A stretch of DNA of 58,174 nt from Minisyncoccota bacterium (GTDB lineage Bacteria; Patescibacteriota; Minisyncoccia; Phycocordibacterales; Phycocordibacteraceae), in assembly GCA_041658485.1 (NCBI GenBank), contig JBBAAE010000004.1:1-58174 (forward strand). The letters run 5' to 3'. The notes beneath the pieces were generated by a model. It made no database searches. It saw nothing but the letters and a program-made list of their open reading frames with translations, and had not been told where the DNA came from. The translations under genes and the position numbers were made by a program. Of this stretch, positions 36,737 through 45,925 are shown in pieces. Every line of letters starts with the position of its first letter. The stretch's first letter is position 1.

Positions 36737-37522
36737 ATGAAAACTCACACAACAGCAGAGAGAGAAGAAGCAAAGAAGAAGTTGCCACAAGCACTGTACG
36801 ATTTTTTAGCTTCACCATCACTCACAAAAATATATCTTGGGATACAGAAAAAACACGATTTAAATTTGCGACAACTTTTGCTGTTTACTGATATCGCAAA
36901 CATTACACTTATTGGTCTTGAGGTTGAGTCCGCACTTGAAACGAACTTGCACCAAGTCCTGCATGAGCTTTCAAGTGAGGGAACTCGAGAGCTTGTTGCA
37001 GACATTAACGACCGCGTCTTTAAGGAAGCCCGACGGCGAATTATTGAAAATATACCCGAGCCGAGCGTCTGGAGCAAGCGAGAAGTTGCACCATCACTTT
37101 CCGAAGAGGCGCGAGCAGAGGAAGCAGAGCGTGATGCTATAGAAAACATGGCTGACGATGATCCAAAATTGCTCGCAGCGTATGAAGCTGATAAAGCAGA
37201 AGCATTAAAAAAAGAAGAAGAAAATCAAAAAGAATTGGCGTTCGCGCTCGAACAGGCAAAAAACGATCCCGTCATCATCGAAGGAAATGACTTAGACATG
37301 GAGGAGGACGCCGAAAAAGAGCTGAGCACTTCCGTAGATGGGGCGCCAGTCAGCACTATAGTTGAAGAAAAAATGGGAACAGTGGCGCCAACAAAACCTG
37401 AACAGGATCCAATCCAAACACCGACATCAGAAAAACAAGAAAAGGTGATCCCCGTGATACCCGAACCACAAAAACCCGCATACAAAGGAGGAGTTGATCC
37501 GTACCGCGAACCAGTAGAGTGA
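36737..37522 (+). CDS. Hypothetical protein of the T4SS-like locus
   Basis: Helical N-terminal domain, acidic coil, and the C-terminal motif VDPYREPVE. Confidence 0.7.
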   Translation: MKTHTTAEREEAKKKLPQALYDFLASPSLTKIYLGIQKKHDLNLRQLLLFTDIANITLIGLEVESALETNLHQVLHELSSEGTRELVADINDRVFKEARRRIIENIPEPSVWSKREVAPSLSEEARAEEAERDAIENMADDDPKLLAAYEADKAEALKKEEENQKELAFALEQAKNDPVIIEGNDLDMEEDAEKELSTSVDGAPVSTIVEEKMGTVAPTKPEQDPIQTPTSEKQEKVIPVIPEPQKPAYKGGVDPYREPVE

Positions 37523-37525
37523 AGT

Positions 37526-37597
37526 AGGCGATGCCTCATCGGGTCCGTAGGGACCATGATAGTGAATAGGCGATGCTTCATCGGATCCGAAGGGATC
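37526..37597 (+). repeat. 30-bp double-hairpin repeat, tandem copies 3 and 4
   Basis: AGGCGATGCCTCATCGGGTCCGTAGGGACC (37526-37555) and AGGCGATGCTTCATCGGATCCGAAGGGATC (37568-37597). Confidence 0.8.
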
Positions 37598-37666
37598 GTT
37601 TAGGGAAATCCTAGCTAGATGAAAAAACACTAGACGCTAATCACTAAACGCTATACCCTTATCAGT

Positions 37667-38107
37667 ATGCAATTCCAAGTTCCTCAATTCGTTGAAGTTG
37701 AAGACAAAATTTTCGGTCCTCTCACCGCCGTACAATTTATATACCTCGTTGGGGGAGGCGGATTCCTCGTTGCACTGTGGTTTGTCCTGCCTCATTGGCT
37801 GGCAGTAATTATTGGTGGGCCAATTGCACTGTTGGGTGCTGGGCTCGCATTCTACAAAATCAACGACCGCCCACTCATAAATGCACTTGAGTCCGGCTTT
37901 CAGTATCTCTTTCGCACAAAACTCTACATTTGGGAGAAGAAACAATCAAAGACTGTCCTCCCTGACGAAATTACTCTTCCTGGGCAAACACCTGCGGAAG
38001 ACCCAGCAAAATACGCGCCTTCGGCCACTTCAAACAAAATTAAAGACCTAGCGTGGAGCTTAGATATAAAGGAGAGTATGTATTCGGACAAGAAACAACA
38101 GAGGTAG
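37667..38107 (+). CDS. PrgI-family (VirB3-like) membrane protein
   Basis: MQFQVPQFVEVEDKIFGPLTAVQFIYL, two TMs, then INDRP...F; upstream of VirB4. Confidence 0.85.
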   Translation: MQFQVPQFVEVEDKIFGPLTAVQFIYLVGGGGFLVALWFVLPHWLAVIIGGPIALLGAGLAFYKINDRPLINALESGFQYLFRTKLYIWEKKQSKTVLPDEITLPGQTPAEDPAKYAPSATSNKIKDLAWSLDIKESMYSDKKQQR

Positions 38108-38137
38108 GGGTTAGTGGACAGGGTTTAGGGTTTAGGG
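38103..38137 (+). repeat. G-rich heptamer arm upstream of the four-helix-bundle gene
   Basis: GGTAGGG GTTAGTG GACAGGG TTTAGGG TTTAGGG. Confidence 0.75.
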
Positions 38138-38150
38138 AAAAGAAAAAACC

Positions 38151-38531
38151 GTGGGAAACATTCAAAAGAAAGTTCTTTCGCATAAAGATCTCATAGTGTG
38201 GCAAAAATCTATGGATTTGGTTTCTGCTATATACAAAATTACTAAAAAATTTCCAGATGACGAACGATTTGGGCTCACATCTCAAATGAGGAGGTCTGCC
38301 GTTTCTATTCCCTCAAATATTGCTGAGGGTCGTGTACGACGAACCACAAAAGACTACATACACTTTCTTCATGTTGCGCTTGGTTCATCGGTGGAGCTAG
38401 ATACCCAGTTAGATATAGCACTTAGAGAAAATTTTATTCAAAAGTTAGACTATAATGAAATAAGCCCTCTTATTGAAGAGGTGAGTAGGATGCTTTCAGG
38501 ATTGATTTCATCCCTAAACGCTAAACGCTGA
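38151..38531 (+). CDS. Four-helix-bundle protein (23S rRNA IVP / Avd-like family)
   Basis: SHKDLIVWQKSMDLV..IY..T..FPDDERFGLTSQMRRSAVSIPSNIAEG..R....YIHFL..ALGS..EL.TQL; GTG start. Confidence 0.93.
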   Translation: MGNIQKKVLSHKDLIVWQKSMDLVSAIYKITKKFPDDERFGLTSQMRRSAVSIPSNIAEGRVRRTTKDYIHFLHVALGSSVELDTQLDIALRENFIQKLDYNEISPLIEEVSRMLSGLISSLNAKR

Positions 38532-38543
38532 CCCCTAAACACT
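38512..38543 (+). repeat. C-rich heptamer arm at the end of the four-helix-bundle gene
   Basis: CCCTAAA CGCTAAA CGCTGAC CCCTAAA CACT; encodes the last codons and the stop; 26/32 complementary to 38106-38137. Confidence 0.75.
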
Positions 38544-38550
38544 CCGATCT

Positions 38551-39225
38551 ATGTCTGGTGGCGACGAAAAAACAACAAAAACAAAAGCGGCTCAGGACTT
38601 CGTTCCAGTAAAGGAAGTTCGTGGGGGTGTGATGGTAATGAAAAACGGCACACTCGTCGGTGTAATGCTTGCTTCAAGTATTAACTTTGCACTTAAGTCA
38701 GAGGACGAACAAAACGCCATACTCTCGCAATTTCAGAGCTTTATGAATTCGCTTGATTTCAGTGTTCAGTTTTTCATACAATCTCGAAAGCTCGATATCA
38801 GGCCCTACATAGCACTTCTAGAGGAACGACTTAAAGCGCAGACAGAGGAACTGATGAAAATACAGGTGCGTGAATATATAGAGTTCATCAAAACATTCAT
38901 TGAGAGAGCGAACATCATGAGCAAACATTTCTTTATCGTGATTCCGTATTCTCCACCAGCGCTTGATATAAAAAAGGCAGTGCAAAATAAAGTGTTTGGG
39001 AAAACAAATCTGTCATCGAGAGATGCAAACTCCATTGGTTTTGAGGAACACCGTACACAGTTGGAGCAGAGAATGGGAGTGGTGGAACAAGGATTGGCCC
39101 GAACAGGCGTGCGAACTGTTCCTCTCGGCACTGAAGAGGTCATAGAGCTTCTCTATAAAGAATTCAATCCTGGGGAATTGGAAAAACCAATCATTGTGGA
39201 TCAAACTAACGCACCACTTATATAA
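38551..39225 (+). CDS. VirB4-associated (TraC/TraE N-terminal-like) protein
   Basis: QDFVPVKEVRGGVMVMKNG...SINFALKSEDEQNAIL..F..FMNSLDFSVQFFIQSRKLD; 2 nt upstream of virB4. Confidence 0.7.
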   Translation: MSGGDEKTTKTKAAQDFVPVKEVRGGVMVMKNGTLVGVMLASSINFALKSEDEQNAILSQFQSFMNSLDFSVQFFIQSRKLDIRPYIALLEERLKAQTEELMKIQVREYIEFIKTFIERANIMSKHFFIVIPYSPPALDIKKAVQNKVFGKTNLSSRDANSIGFEEHRTQLEQRMGVVEQGLARTGVRTVPLGTEEVIELLYKEFNPGELEKPIIVDQTNAPLI

Positions 39226-39227
39226 TT

Positions 39228-41039
39228 ATGGGAATCTTCGATACATTTTTAGGTAACGCTGGGAAAAATAAGGAGACCCTAACTCCTTTTTTACCTAAAG
39301 ATATTTATGAAGCTGCGAAGCTCGACTTTGCAGACATCATTGCACCATCAGCTCTGAAAATTACTCCGCGTGAAATGAACTTGGGCGACAAGCTCGTGCG
39401 CACCTTCTATGTTATTTCATACCCACGCTTTTTGTCAGGCACTTGGTTTGCTCCAATCATTAATCGTGACCGAGTGCTTGATATTTCCATATTCATTCAC
39501 CCTGTAGATACGGCCGCAATTCTTCGCAAGTTTCAGAAAAAAGTTGCTGAGGTACAAAGCCAAATAATGACTCGCCAAGAAAAAGGGATGGTACGAGACC
39601 CTATGCTCGACACAGCCTACCAAGACATCGAGCAACTCAGAAATCAACTTCAGCAAGCGCAGGAGCGAGTATTTGATGTGGGTCTCTATATCTCAATTTA
39701 TGGCACAAACCAAGACGAATTAGACAAAACTGAAGCAGAAATGCGCTCAATTCTTGACTCAAAACTTGTATACATAAAACCCGCACTATTCCAGCAGGAG
39801 CAAGGATTCAAGAGCGTTATACCAATAGGGGATGACCAACTGGCAGTTAATTCAAAGATGAATTCTGCACCGCTCTCAAGTTTCTTCCCGTTTATTTCCT
39901 TCGATCTTACGAGCGATAAAGGAATCCTCTACGGTATAAACAGACATAACTCATCATTAATTCTCTTTGATAGATTTTCGCTTGAAAACTACAACTCAGT
40001 GACCTTTGCAAAATCAGGTTCAGGAAAATCATACGGCACCAAACTTGAAATTTTGAGATCATTGATGTTCGACACGGAGGTCATCGTTATAGACCCTGAA
40101 AGCGAGTATGAATATCTTGCAAATGCGGTGGGTGGAAGATTTTTCAATATCTCGCTCTCATCAGAAAATCGCATCAATCCTTTTGATTTGCCTGTGCCTC
40201 GCGAAGATGAATCGCCAGCTGATATTCTTCGCTCAAACATCATCAACCTCGTGGGACTATTTCGCTTAATGCTCGGCGGTCTTACACCTGAAGAAGATGC
40301 AATTATTGACCGTGCCATTACAGAAACGTATGCGCTTAAAGACATCACCGGTGCAAACGATTTCACCGGCATGGAACCACCACTCCTTTCTGACTTCGAG
40401 TTGGTACTTGCCGGCATGGAGGGAAGTGAGTCTTTAGTTCAGAGAATTACAAAATACACCAAGGGCACATGGTCTGGCTTTATTAATCGGCCAACCAATG
40501 TGGACATCAACAAAAAGTTCGTTGCGTTCTCAGTTCGAAACATGGAGGACGAGCTGAAAACGATTGCGATGTACATCATTACGCACTTCATTTGGAATGC
40601 GGTGAGAAAAGATTTGCGCAAACGACTTCTTGTTATTGATGAGGCATGGTGGATGATGAAATCAGAAGATACTGCCGCGTTCCTTTACGGAATGGCAAAG
40701 CGCGGAAGAAAATACTATCTTGGTCTCGCTACCATTACTCAAGATGTTGAGGACTTCCTAAAATCACCCTACGGATTGCCGATGCTTACTAACTCATCAA
40801 TCCAACTTCTTTTGAAGCAATCACCAACATCCATAGATGCCGTACAAAAAACATTCAACCTCACGGAGGAAGAAAAATATCTTCTGCTTGAATCTGATGT
40901 GGGTGAGGGGATTTTCTTCGCGGGACTCAAACATGTCGCCATAAAAATAATTGCATCCTACACTGAAGACCAAATAATCACTTCAGACCCATCTCAACTT
41001 CTTGCAATAGCCCAGCAGAAGAGGGAAGCCTCTGAGTAG
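39228..41039 (+). CDS. virB4: VirB4-like type IV secretion ATPase
   Basis: FDRFSLENYNSVTFAKSGSGKS (Walker A), IVIDPESEY, INPFDL, LLVIDEAW (Walker B), KRGRKY, TITQDVEDF. Confidence 0.9.
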   Translation: MGIFDTFLGNAGKNKETLTPFLPKDIYEAAKLDFADIIAPSALKITPREMNLGDKLVRTFYVISYPRFLSGTWFAPIINRDRVLDISIFIHPVDTAAILRKFQKKVAEVQSQIMTRQEKGMVRDPMLDTAYQDIEQLRNQLQQAQERVFDVGLYISIYGTNQDELDKTEAEMRSILDSKLVYIKPALFQQEQGFKSVIPIGDDQLAVNSKMNSAPLSSFFPFISFDLTSDKGILYGINRHNSSLILFDRFSLENYNSVTFAKSGSGKSYGTKLEILRSLMFDTEVIVIDPESEYEYLANAVGGRFFNISLSSENRINPFDLPVPREDESPADILRSNIINLVGLFRLMLGGLTPEEDAIIDRAITETYALKDITGANDFTGMEPPLLSDFELVLAGMEGSESLVQRITKYTKGTWSGFINRPTNVDINKKFVAFSVRNMEDELKTIAMYIITHFIWNAVRKDLRKRLLVIDEAWWMMKSEDTAAFLYGMAKRGRKYYLGLATITQDVEDFLKSPYGLPMLTNSSIQLLLKQSPTSIDAVQKTFNLTEEEKYLLLESDVGEGIFFAGLKHVAIKIIASYTEDQIITSDPSQLLAIAQQKREASE

Positions 41040-41130
41040 CGTTTAGTGGTCAGGGTTTAGTGTTTAGCGAGATACCTTCGGAGCCGACGAAGCGTCGCCT
41101 AAACACTAGCCACTAAACGCTAAACCCTAA
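41037..41130. repeat. Heptamer-arm hairpin enclosing a reversed 30-bp repeat (copy 5, 41071-41100)
   Basis: G-arm TAGCGTTTAGTGGTCAGGGTTTAG (identical to 48878-48901), then GATACCTTCGGAGCCGACGAAGCGTCGCCT, then C-arm CTAAACACTAGCCACTAAACGCTAAACCCTAA. Confidence 0.75.
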
Positions 41131-41283
41131 GGGCTTTTAGTGTGCTGTCCCTCCTATGGCCTGCCTACGGCATCGGCCATTCCCGAGGACGGTATCGGAA
41201 TAAACATGGAGCAGTCCATGTTTATTCCCCTAAACGCTAACCCCTAAACGCTAAACGCTCCGTCGCACCTTATAATAAGAACT

Positions 41284-42252
41284 ATGCTCCGTGGAATACT
41301 CGTGCTCTCTCTATTAATACTAGCGCCCATTTTTGCTTCAGCGGCTACGCTACAAAGCTTTGGCTCACCTCTAGAAATAGGGGTAAGCCCTGAGCACCCA
41401 CGCGCAGGCAATCAAGTAACATTGACGGTCTCCGACCCGCAGGAAGAGGTGGGTACAACGGCGTACATGTGGTTAGTAAACGACAGAATAGTTGATCAAG
41501 GCATCGGACACAAATCAATTTCTATTACGGCAAGAGGGGAAGGAACGACCGAAACTATACGTGTTATCGCTATTGAAAATGATGTTGCTAGGGGCGATGC
41601 CGTGACCATCATTCGACCAGCGTCGGTAGATATTATATGGGAAGGGGATACCTACACACCTCCTTTGTATACCGGACGCCCACTTCCTACCGCACAAAGT
41701 ATAGTTACGGTTATTGCCATCCCACATATTCCTGTAAACGGCGTTGAGGCTGAAGCTGAATCTCTTATCTATTCATGGAAAATGGGCGGGGTTACTTTAC
41801 AAAAACAATCAGGCTACGGAAAATCGAGCATCGCAGTAACTCCTCCGCGTTTTGGTTCTGCTTTTACTGTTTCTGTTCTTGTGAGCAACAAAAGCGGTAC
41901 AGTAGTCGCAGAAAATTCAGTCCTCATTCAACCACAAACACCATCTCTTATTATTTATGAGGATGCGCCACTTCTTGGCGTGCGCTTCAATAAAGCCCAG
42001 ATTGACCTATTCCCATTTACTGCTGACGAGGTATCATTCGTTGCGTACCCGCTCTTTGTGAGCAATATGAACGATGTGTCCTACACATGGAACCTCGACA
42101 CCTCTCCATTTGCAGTTGACCCTGCACGGCCTCGTAATGCTACATTTAGGAAGGTTGGAGGCGGTAAAGGAACGCATACGGTGAGTGTCTCATTTGAAAA
42201 TATGAAAAAATTCTTAGAGCGCGGAGAGATTGCATTTCAACTTACATTTTAA
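41284..42252 (+). CDS. Secreted hypothetical protein, probably with tandem beta-sandwich domains
   Basis: Signal peptide; repeated Y.W motifs (AYMWLV, IYSWKM, SYTWNL). Confidence 0.7.
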   Translation: MLRGILVLSLLILAPIFASAATLQSFGSPLEIGVSPEHPRAGNQVTLTVSDPQEEVGTTAYMWLVNDRIVDQGIGHKSISITARGEGTTETIRVIAIENDVARGDAVTIIRPASVDIIWEGDTYTPPLYTGRPLPTAQSIVTVIAIPHIPVNGVEAEAESLIYSWKMGGVTLQKQSGYGKSSIAVTPPRFGSAFTVSVLVSNKSGTVVAENSVLIQPQTPSLIIYEDAPLLGVRFNKAQIDLFPFTADEVSFVAYPLFVSNMNDVSYTWNLDTSPFAVDPARPRNATFRKVGGGKGTHTVSVSFENMKKFLERGEIAFQLTF

Positions 42253-42257
42253 TTACC

Positions 42258-42899
42258 ATGCCACGCACACTTTTCATCTTTTCGCTCATTCTCATTTCAC
42301 TCTTCGTGGTGGCAACTCCGGCTCATGCTGAAGTTACACCTCAGTTTCAATTTCAACCAATTGTGTCGGTACCGCTTCCTACTGGGGGCGCCGTTGATGC
42401 TGAGACATCACTCACTGATTACTTAAACGGAATATTCGTACTTACCATCGCTGTCGCAACAATTCTCGGGGTCGTCATGATTACATTTGATGGTATCCGT
42501 TACATGACATCCGATGCAATCGGCACAAAAAAAGCAGCAATCGAAGGACTGCAAGGGGCGGCCATCGGATTGATTTTACTTCTACTCGCGTACGTCATTC
42601 TCAACATCATCAACCCCCAAATACTCAATATAAAATCGCTCAATGACGACATACGCGGTTTGGGGGGAAGCAGTTCGAGCGAAACAACACCCCCAGATAG
42701 TACCGTAGCAACAGGAGCCACTGGGGCTCTTAACCCGAGCGCTTTGCCGAGCGGGACTGAATTGCGAGCGTACGATGGAACATTGAGCGCTGGATGTACC
42801 TTGACATGCTGGCGTGATAATACATTTTCAGCACCAACAGGAGGTGAGTGCACAACTGGTGACGCTGTACAAAGCTGTCCTGCCCCCGGAACTCCATAA
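42258..42899 (+). CDS. T4SS pilin-like (TrbC/VirB2-like) protein with a Cys-rich tail
   Basis: Signal peptide, then a two-helix hairpin YLNGIFVLTIAVATILGVVMI...GIRYMTS...AAIGLILLLLAYVILNIINPQIL; 4 Cys at the C-terminus. Confidence 0.72.
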   Translation: MPRTLFIFSLILISLFVVATPAHAEVTPQFQFQPIVSVPLPTGGAVDAETSLTDYLNGIFVLTIAVATILGVVMITFDGIRYMTSDAIGTKKAAIEGLQGAAIGLILLLLAYVILNIINPQILNIKSLNDDIRGLGGSSSSETTPPDSTVATGATGALNPSALPSGTELRAYDGTLSAGCTLTCWRDNTFSAPTGGECTTGDAVQSCPAPGTP

Positions 42900-42903
42900 C
42901 ATC

Positions 42904-44118
42904 ATGCGACGAACGCTTATCATTTCTGGTCTGGGACTACTTGCTGTCGCACTCTTTGCTGTTGGATACTTTTTCGTGTTTCAAAAAACAGACAGCAACA
43001 CCGCTGTAGCGCCGAAAGATTTCTTCAGTGCATTTTTCCCATTCGGGCAAGGAAACCGAACTCCAGACAAGCCTGCAAATGAAACGGTCGGGGAAGTCGC
43101 ACAAAAAGTAACTGCTCGTATCCGTCAGGTGAGTGCCCGTCCCACTGCAGGAGCGTGGTTTACTTCTCCATCGGGAACAACAACTCCACCTCATATTCGG
43201 TTTACAGAGAGAGCAACAGGACACATATTTGAAACACCTACCGACTCCTACGCGGAACTACGAATTTCTAACACCACAATTCCTCTCATGCAGGAACTTA
43301 TTGTAATTAATGACACCGCACTTCTCCTCCGTACACTATCCGACACGGAAACTATTTCAAACGCATTTGGCGTACTAAATGCGACGAGTTCGCAACAATC
43401 TCTCACCGCATCCGCCCTCAAAGGGTTCCAGCGCGTCGCAGTAGCCAAAAATGGATTAAGTATGATGACAGTCACTGAAGTTCTGCGAGGTTCACAAACT
43501 GAACTTATGCAACCTGATGGCACAAAATCTCGCACAATCCTCCTCTCCCCAATTCGCTCATGGATACCCCTCGCAGGAGACAGTCGTTTCTTTATACAAA
43601 GCGCTCCTTCTTCAGGAGCTTCGGGATTCTTATATGAAATTAAAAGCAACGGTGGTCTTACTAAAATATTGAGTGATATCCCTGGACTTCTCGGAGTACC
43701 AAGTCCAACAGGGCGCTATATTCTCTACAGCGGAGCAACGGGAGTAAAGATTTTTCTTGGAATGATCGACACAAAAACGGGGCAAAGTTATACACTCCCT
43801 CTAAAAACCCTTGCAACAAAGTGCACATGGATTTCAGAAGACACTCCACGCGTCTTTTGTGCAATATCAGATCCCTTGCGAGGAGGGACAGCAACACTCC
43901 CGGATGATTGGCTCCTAGGTAAAATATCCTTTAGTGACTCTGTATGGATTATCCGCCCCATTGAAAATACCGCGCATTCATTGGGATATCTTCAGGAAAT
44001 AGCAAACACCCCCATTGATGTCCTCAACCCTACCGTTTCTGCCGATGGTAACTTTGCTCTCTTCATAAACAAAAATGACCTCAGCGTGTGGTCACTCGAC
44101 CTAAATAGAGATCAATAA
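42904..44118 (+). CDS. Membrane-anchored hypothetical protein, possible beta-propeller
   Basis: N-terminal TM; SPTGRYILYS and SADGNFALF resemble TolB/WD40 blade motifs. Start set at ATG 42904. Confidence 0.65.
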   Translation: MRRTLIISGLGLLAVALFAVGYFFVFQKTDSNTAVAPKDFFSAFFPFGQGNRTPDKPANETVGEVAQKVTARIRQVSARPTAGAWFTSPSGTTTPPHIRFTERATGHIFETPTDSYAELRISNTTIPLMQELIVINDTALLLRTLSDTETISNAFGVLNATSSQQSLTASALKGFQRVAVAKNGLSMMTVTEVLRGSQTELMQPDGTKSRTILLSPIRSWIPLAGDSRFFIQSAPSSGASGFLYEIKSNGGLTKILSDIPGLLGVPSPTGRYILYSGATGVKIFLGMIDTKTGQSYTLPLKTLATKCTWISEDTPRVFCAISDPLRGGTATLPDDWLLGKISFSDSVWIIRPIENTAHSLGYLQEIANTPIDVLNPTVSADGNFALFINKNDLSVWSLDLNRDQ

Positions 44119-44125
44119 AATAAGG

Positions 44126-44602
44126 CTACTGAGGCGTTGGCACACCCTCACCTTTATAGCGAATCACAATATGTCGAAGCTTACCTTCGCCCTCTGACTC
44201 CGTTTTGATACTAGGGGAACCTTGGAGAGACGCGTGCACAATCAAACGGTCGTATGGACTCATGGGACTCATGTCGACATCGTGTTTAAAGGTACGCGCA
44301 CGCTCTGCAAGTGAAAGTGCCTGTGCCTCGAGCATCTTTATGTGTTTCAAGTGATATCCGTTTACATCAACAACAAAACGAAATGGTTCATCTCCTTTCG
44401 AACCAGCTTCGAGTGTTTTTTTCACCACATGATTAAAGGCGTGGAGCGTTTCTCCTCCTGTACCAATGAGTGCTCCAGAATCTTCCAAGAGAAGTGTGAA
44501 GAGGGTATGCCCCGCGACTTCAGACACGACAACATCTTTGAGGTCTAAACCCATTTTAGTAACCAACTCCTTAATAACGGCGATGACTTTATTTTTTTCC
44601 AT
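44126..44602 (-). CDS. jag: Jag/EloR (KH + R3H) RNA-binding protein
   Basis: GALIGTGGETLHAF (KH); PMSPYDRLIVH...TESEGEGKLRHIVI (R3H). Confidence 0.85.
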   Translation of the reverse strand: MEKNKVIAVIKELVTKMGLDLKDVVVSEVAGHTLFTLLLEDSGALIGTGGETLHAFNHVVKKTLEAGSKGDEPFRFVVDVNGYHLKHIKMLEAQALSLAERARTFKHDVDMSPMSPYDRLIVHASLQGSPSIKTESEGEGKLRHIVIRYKGEGVPTPQ

Positions 44603-45323
44603 TGTGCATTCGGCGTATTGCTAACTCTTGCCCAATACTGAAAAGATTTCCTACAAGAAAGTACAGCGCAATTGCTGACGATGCCGCATATGCAACCACA
44701 CCAATAACAACAGGGAAAACATACTTCATTTGAAGATTCATACTTCTAGAAAGGTCCTCTTGGAAAGAAGGCTTGCTTCCTGAAGTATTTTTAGGGGGTA
44801 ACGCTGGCATCATAAGGCGAGCATAAATAAACTGCGTAATAGCCACTATGATAGCGAGAACAATACTTTTGCCTGCAAGGTCTACAAAGCCAAGAAATAG
44901 TAACGACGCTTGGTCAGGAACCTGCACAAACGCGTAGAGGATGTTGGGATCAAATGAGACCGCCTTGCTTTCGTGCTCCAGTACGAGATACAGCCCAATA
45001 ATTATTGGGAGTTGAATTAATATGAGAAGAAAGCTTGCAAATGGGTTGATATTATTTTCTTTAAAAAGTGCCATTGTGCGACGGGCCAGCTCTTCCTTGT
45101 TGTCTTTTAATTTTTCCCGGAGCTCCTTCAACTGCGGCTCAATAGAACGCATCGAAATCTGTGTTTTAATCGCAGACATCGAGAGAGGGAACAGGATGAG
45201 GCGTACAAGTATCGTGATGAGGACAATAGCAATTCCTATATCACCTCCTGGTACAACACCAATAATAAAAGCGAGTGCGTTGTAAATTGGTTGATAGATT
45301 GCTGTGTGGAAAAAAGATGCCAT
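44589..45323 (-). CDS. yidC: Membrane protein insertase YidC/Oxa1, short form
   Basis: GIAIVLITILVRLILFPL, NPFASFLLILIQLPIIIGLY, LYFLVGNLFSIGQE. Confidence 0.92.
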   Translation of the reverse strand: MASFFHTAIYQPIYNALAFIIGVVPGGDIGIAIVLITILVRLILFPLSMSAIKTQISMRSIEPQLKELREKLKDNKEELARRTMALFKENNINPFASFLLILIQLPIIIGLYLVLEHESKAVSFDPNILYAFVQVPDQASLLFLGFVDLAGKSIVLAIIVAITQFIYARLMMPALPPKNTSGSKPSFQEDLSRSMNLQMKYVFPVVIGVVAYAASSAIALYFLVGNLFSIGQELAIRRMHNGKK

Positions 45324-45420
45324 TTCATCGCATTGTAGCTTATGGAAACAAAAGCTTCTAGCTTGAAGGTAAAGAATAGAAGGTGGGAAGTCGAAGTTTT
45401 AAGCTGGAACCTGACAGCTT

Positions 45421-45729
45421 TCAAATTCTTAGGGCTTTCTCAAGCTCTTTCTTCAGCTCTTGAAATGGGGCGGTGAGTGCCAATGCATTTGGGTACACAA
45501 CCACAACGCTACCAAGCACCCCTGTGCGAATAAGGGGTCTAAGAATGTTATAGATTCGCCGCCTAAGTTTGTTTCTTTCTGGGGCCGTTTTACAAACCTT
45601 TTTTGACACAACAACTGCACCTGATGGATGCCCCGCAAACCCTTTTATAGAGCCATATATAAAGCGACCCATTCGCACAGGTCGCTTTTGGAAAGTAAGC
45701 CTTGAAACCCGTTCTTTTTTCGACAACAT
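45421..45729 (-). CDS. rnpA: Ribonuclease P protein component
   Basis: MLSKKERV..., VVVSKKVCKTAPERNKLRRRI (RNR motif); located between rpmH and yidC. Confidence 0.85.
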   Translation of the reverse strand: MLSKKERVSRLTFQKRPVRMGRFIYGSIKGFAGHPSGAVVVSKKVCKTAPERNKLRRRIYNILRPLIRTGVLGSVVVVYPNALALTAPFQELKKELEKALRI

Positions 45730-45736
45730 GGAGGAG

Positions 45737-45925
45737 CAGGGGACAGCGTTTAGGGGTTAGTGTTTAGAGGTTGAGTTCTGGATGCTAGGCGACGCTTCTG
45801 ATGCTTCATCACCTGACTCTTAGTCATACTGTCGAGTGCTAGTCGAGGGTTCGGCTCCGTAGAGAACAGGCTTCATCGGATTCAAAGATGCCCCCTAAAC
45901 GCTAAACACTTTCCCCTAACCCCTA
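45737..45925. repeat. Heptamer arms enclosing ~120 bp of degenerate repeat cargo between rpmH and rnpA
   Basis: G-arm CAGCGTTTAGGGGTTAGTGTTTAG near 45744-45767; C-arm CCCTAAACGCTAAACACT...CCCCTAACCCCTA at 45894-45925; AGGCGACGCTTC at 45787. Confidence 0.65.

Noticed and set aside
38121-38137. Eukaryotic (plant-type TTTAGGG) telomere sequence or contamination
   Set aside because: The units are degenerate, only 3-6 long, arranged as inverted arms and embedded in clearly bacterial operons.
38151-38531. Diversity-generating retroelement suggested by the Avd-like four-helix protein
   Set aside because: No reverse transcriptase and no template/variable repeat pair differing at adenines is visible in the window.
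29756-44118. Integrative conjugative element
   Set aside because: No relaxase, coupling protein, integrase or att repeats; host repeat families run through it.
45324-45420. yidD between rnpA and yidC
   Set aside because: The 97-bp gap holds no suitable ORF; loss of yidD is unremarkable.
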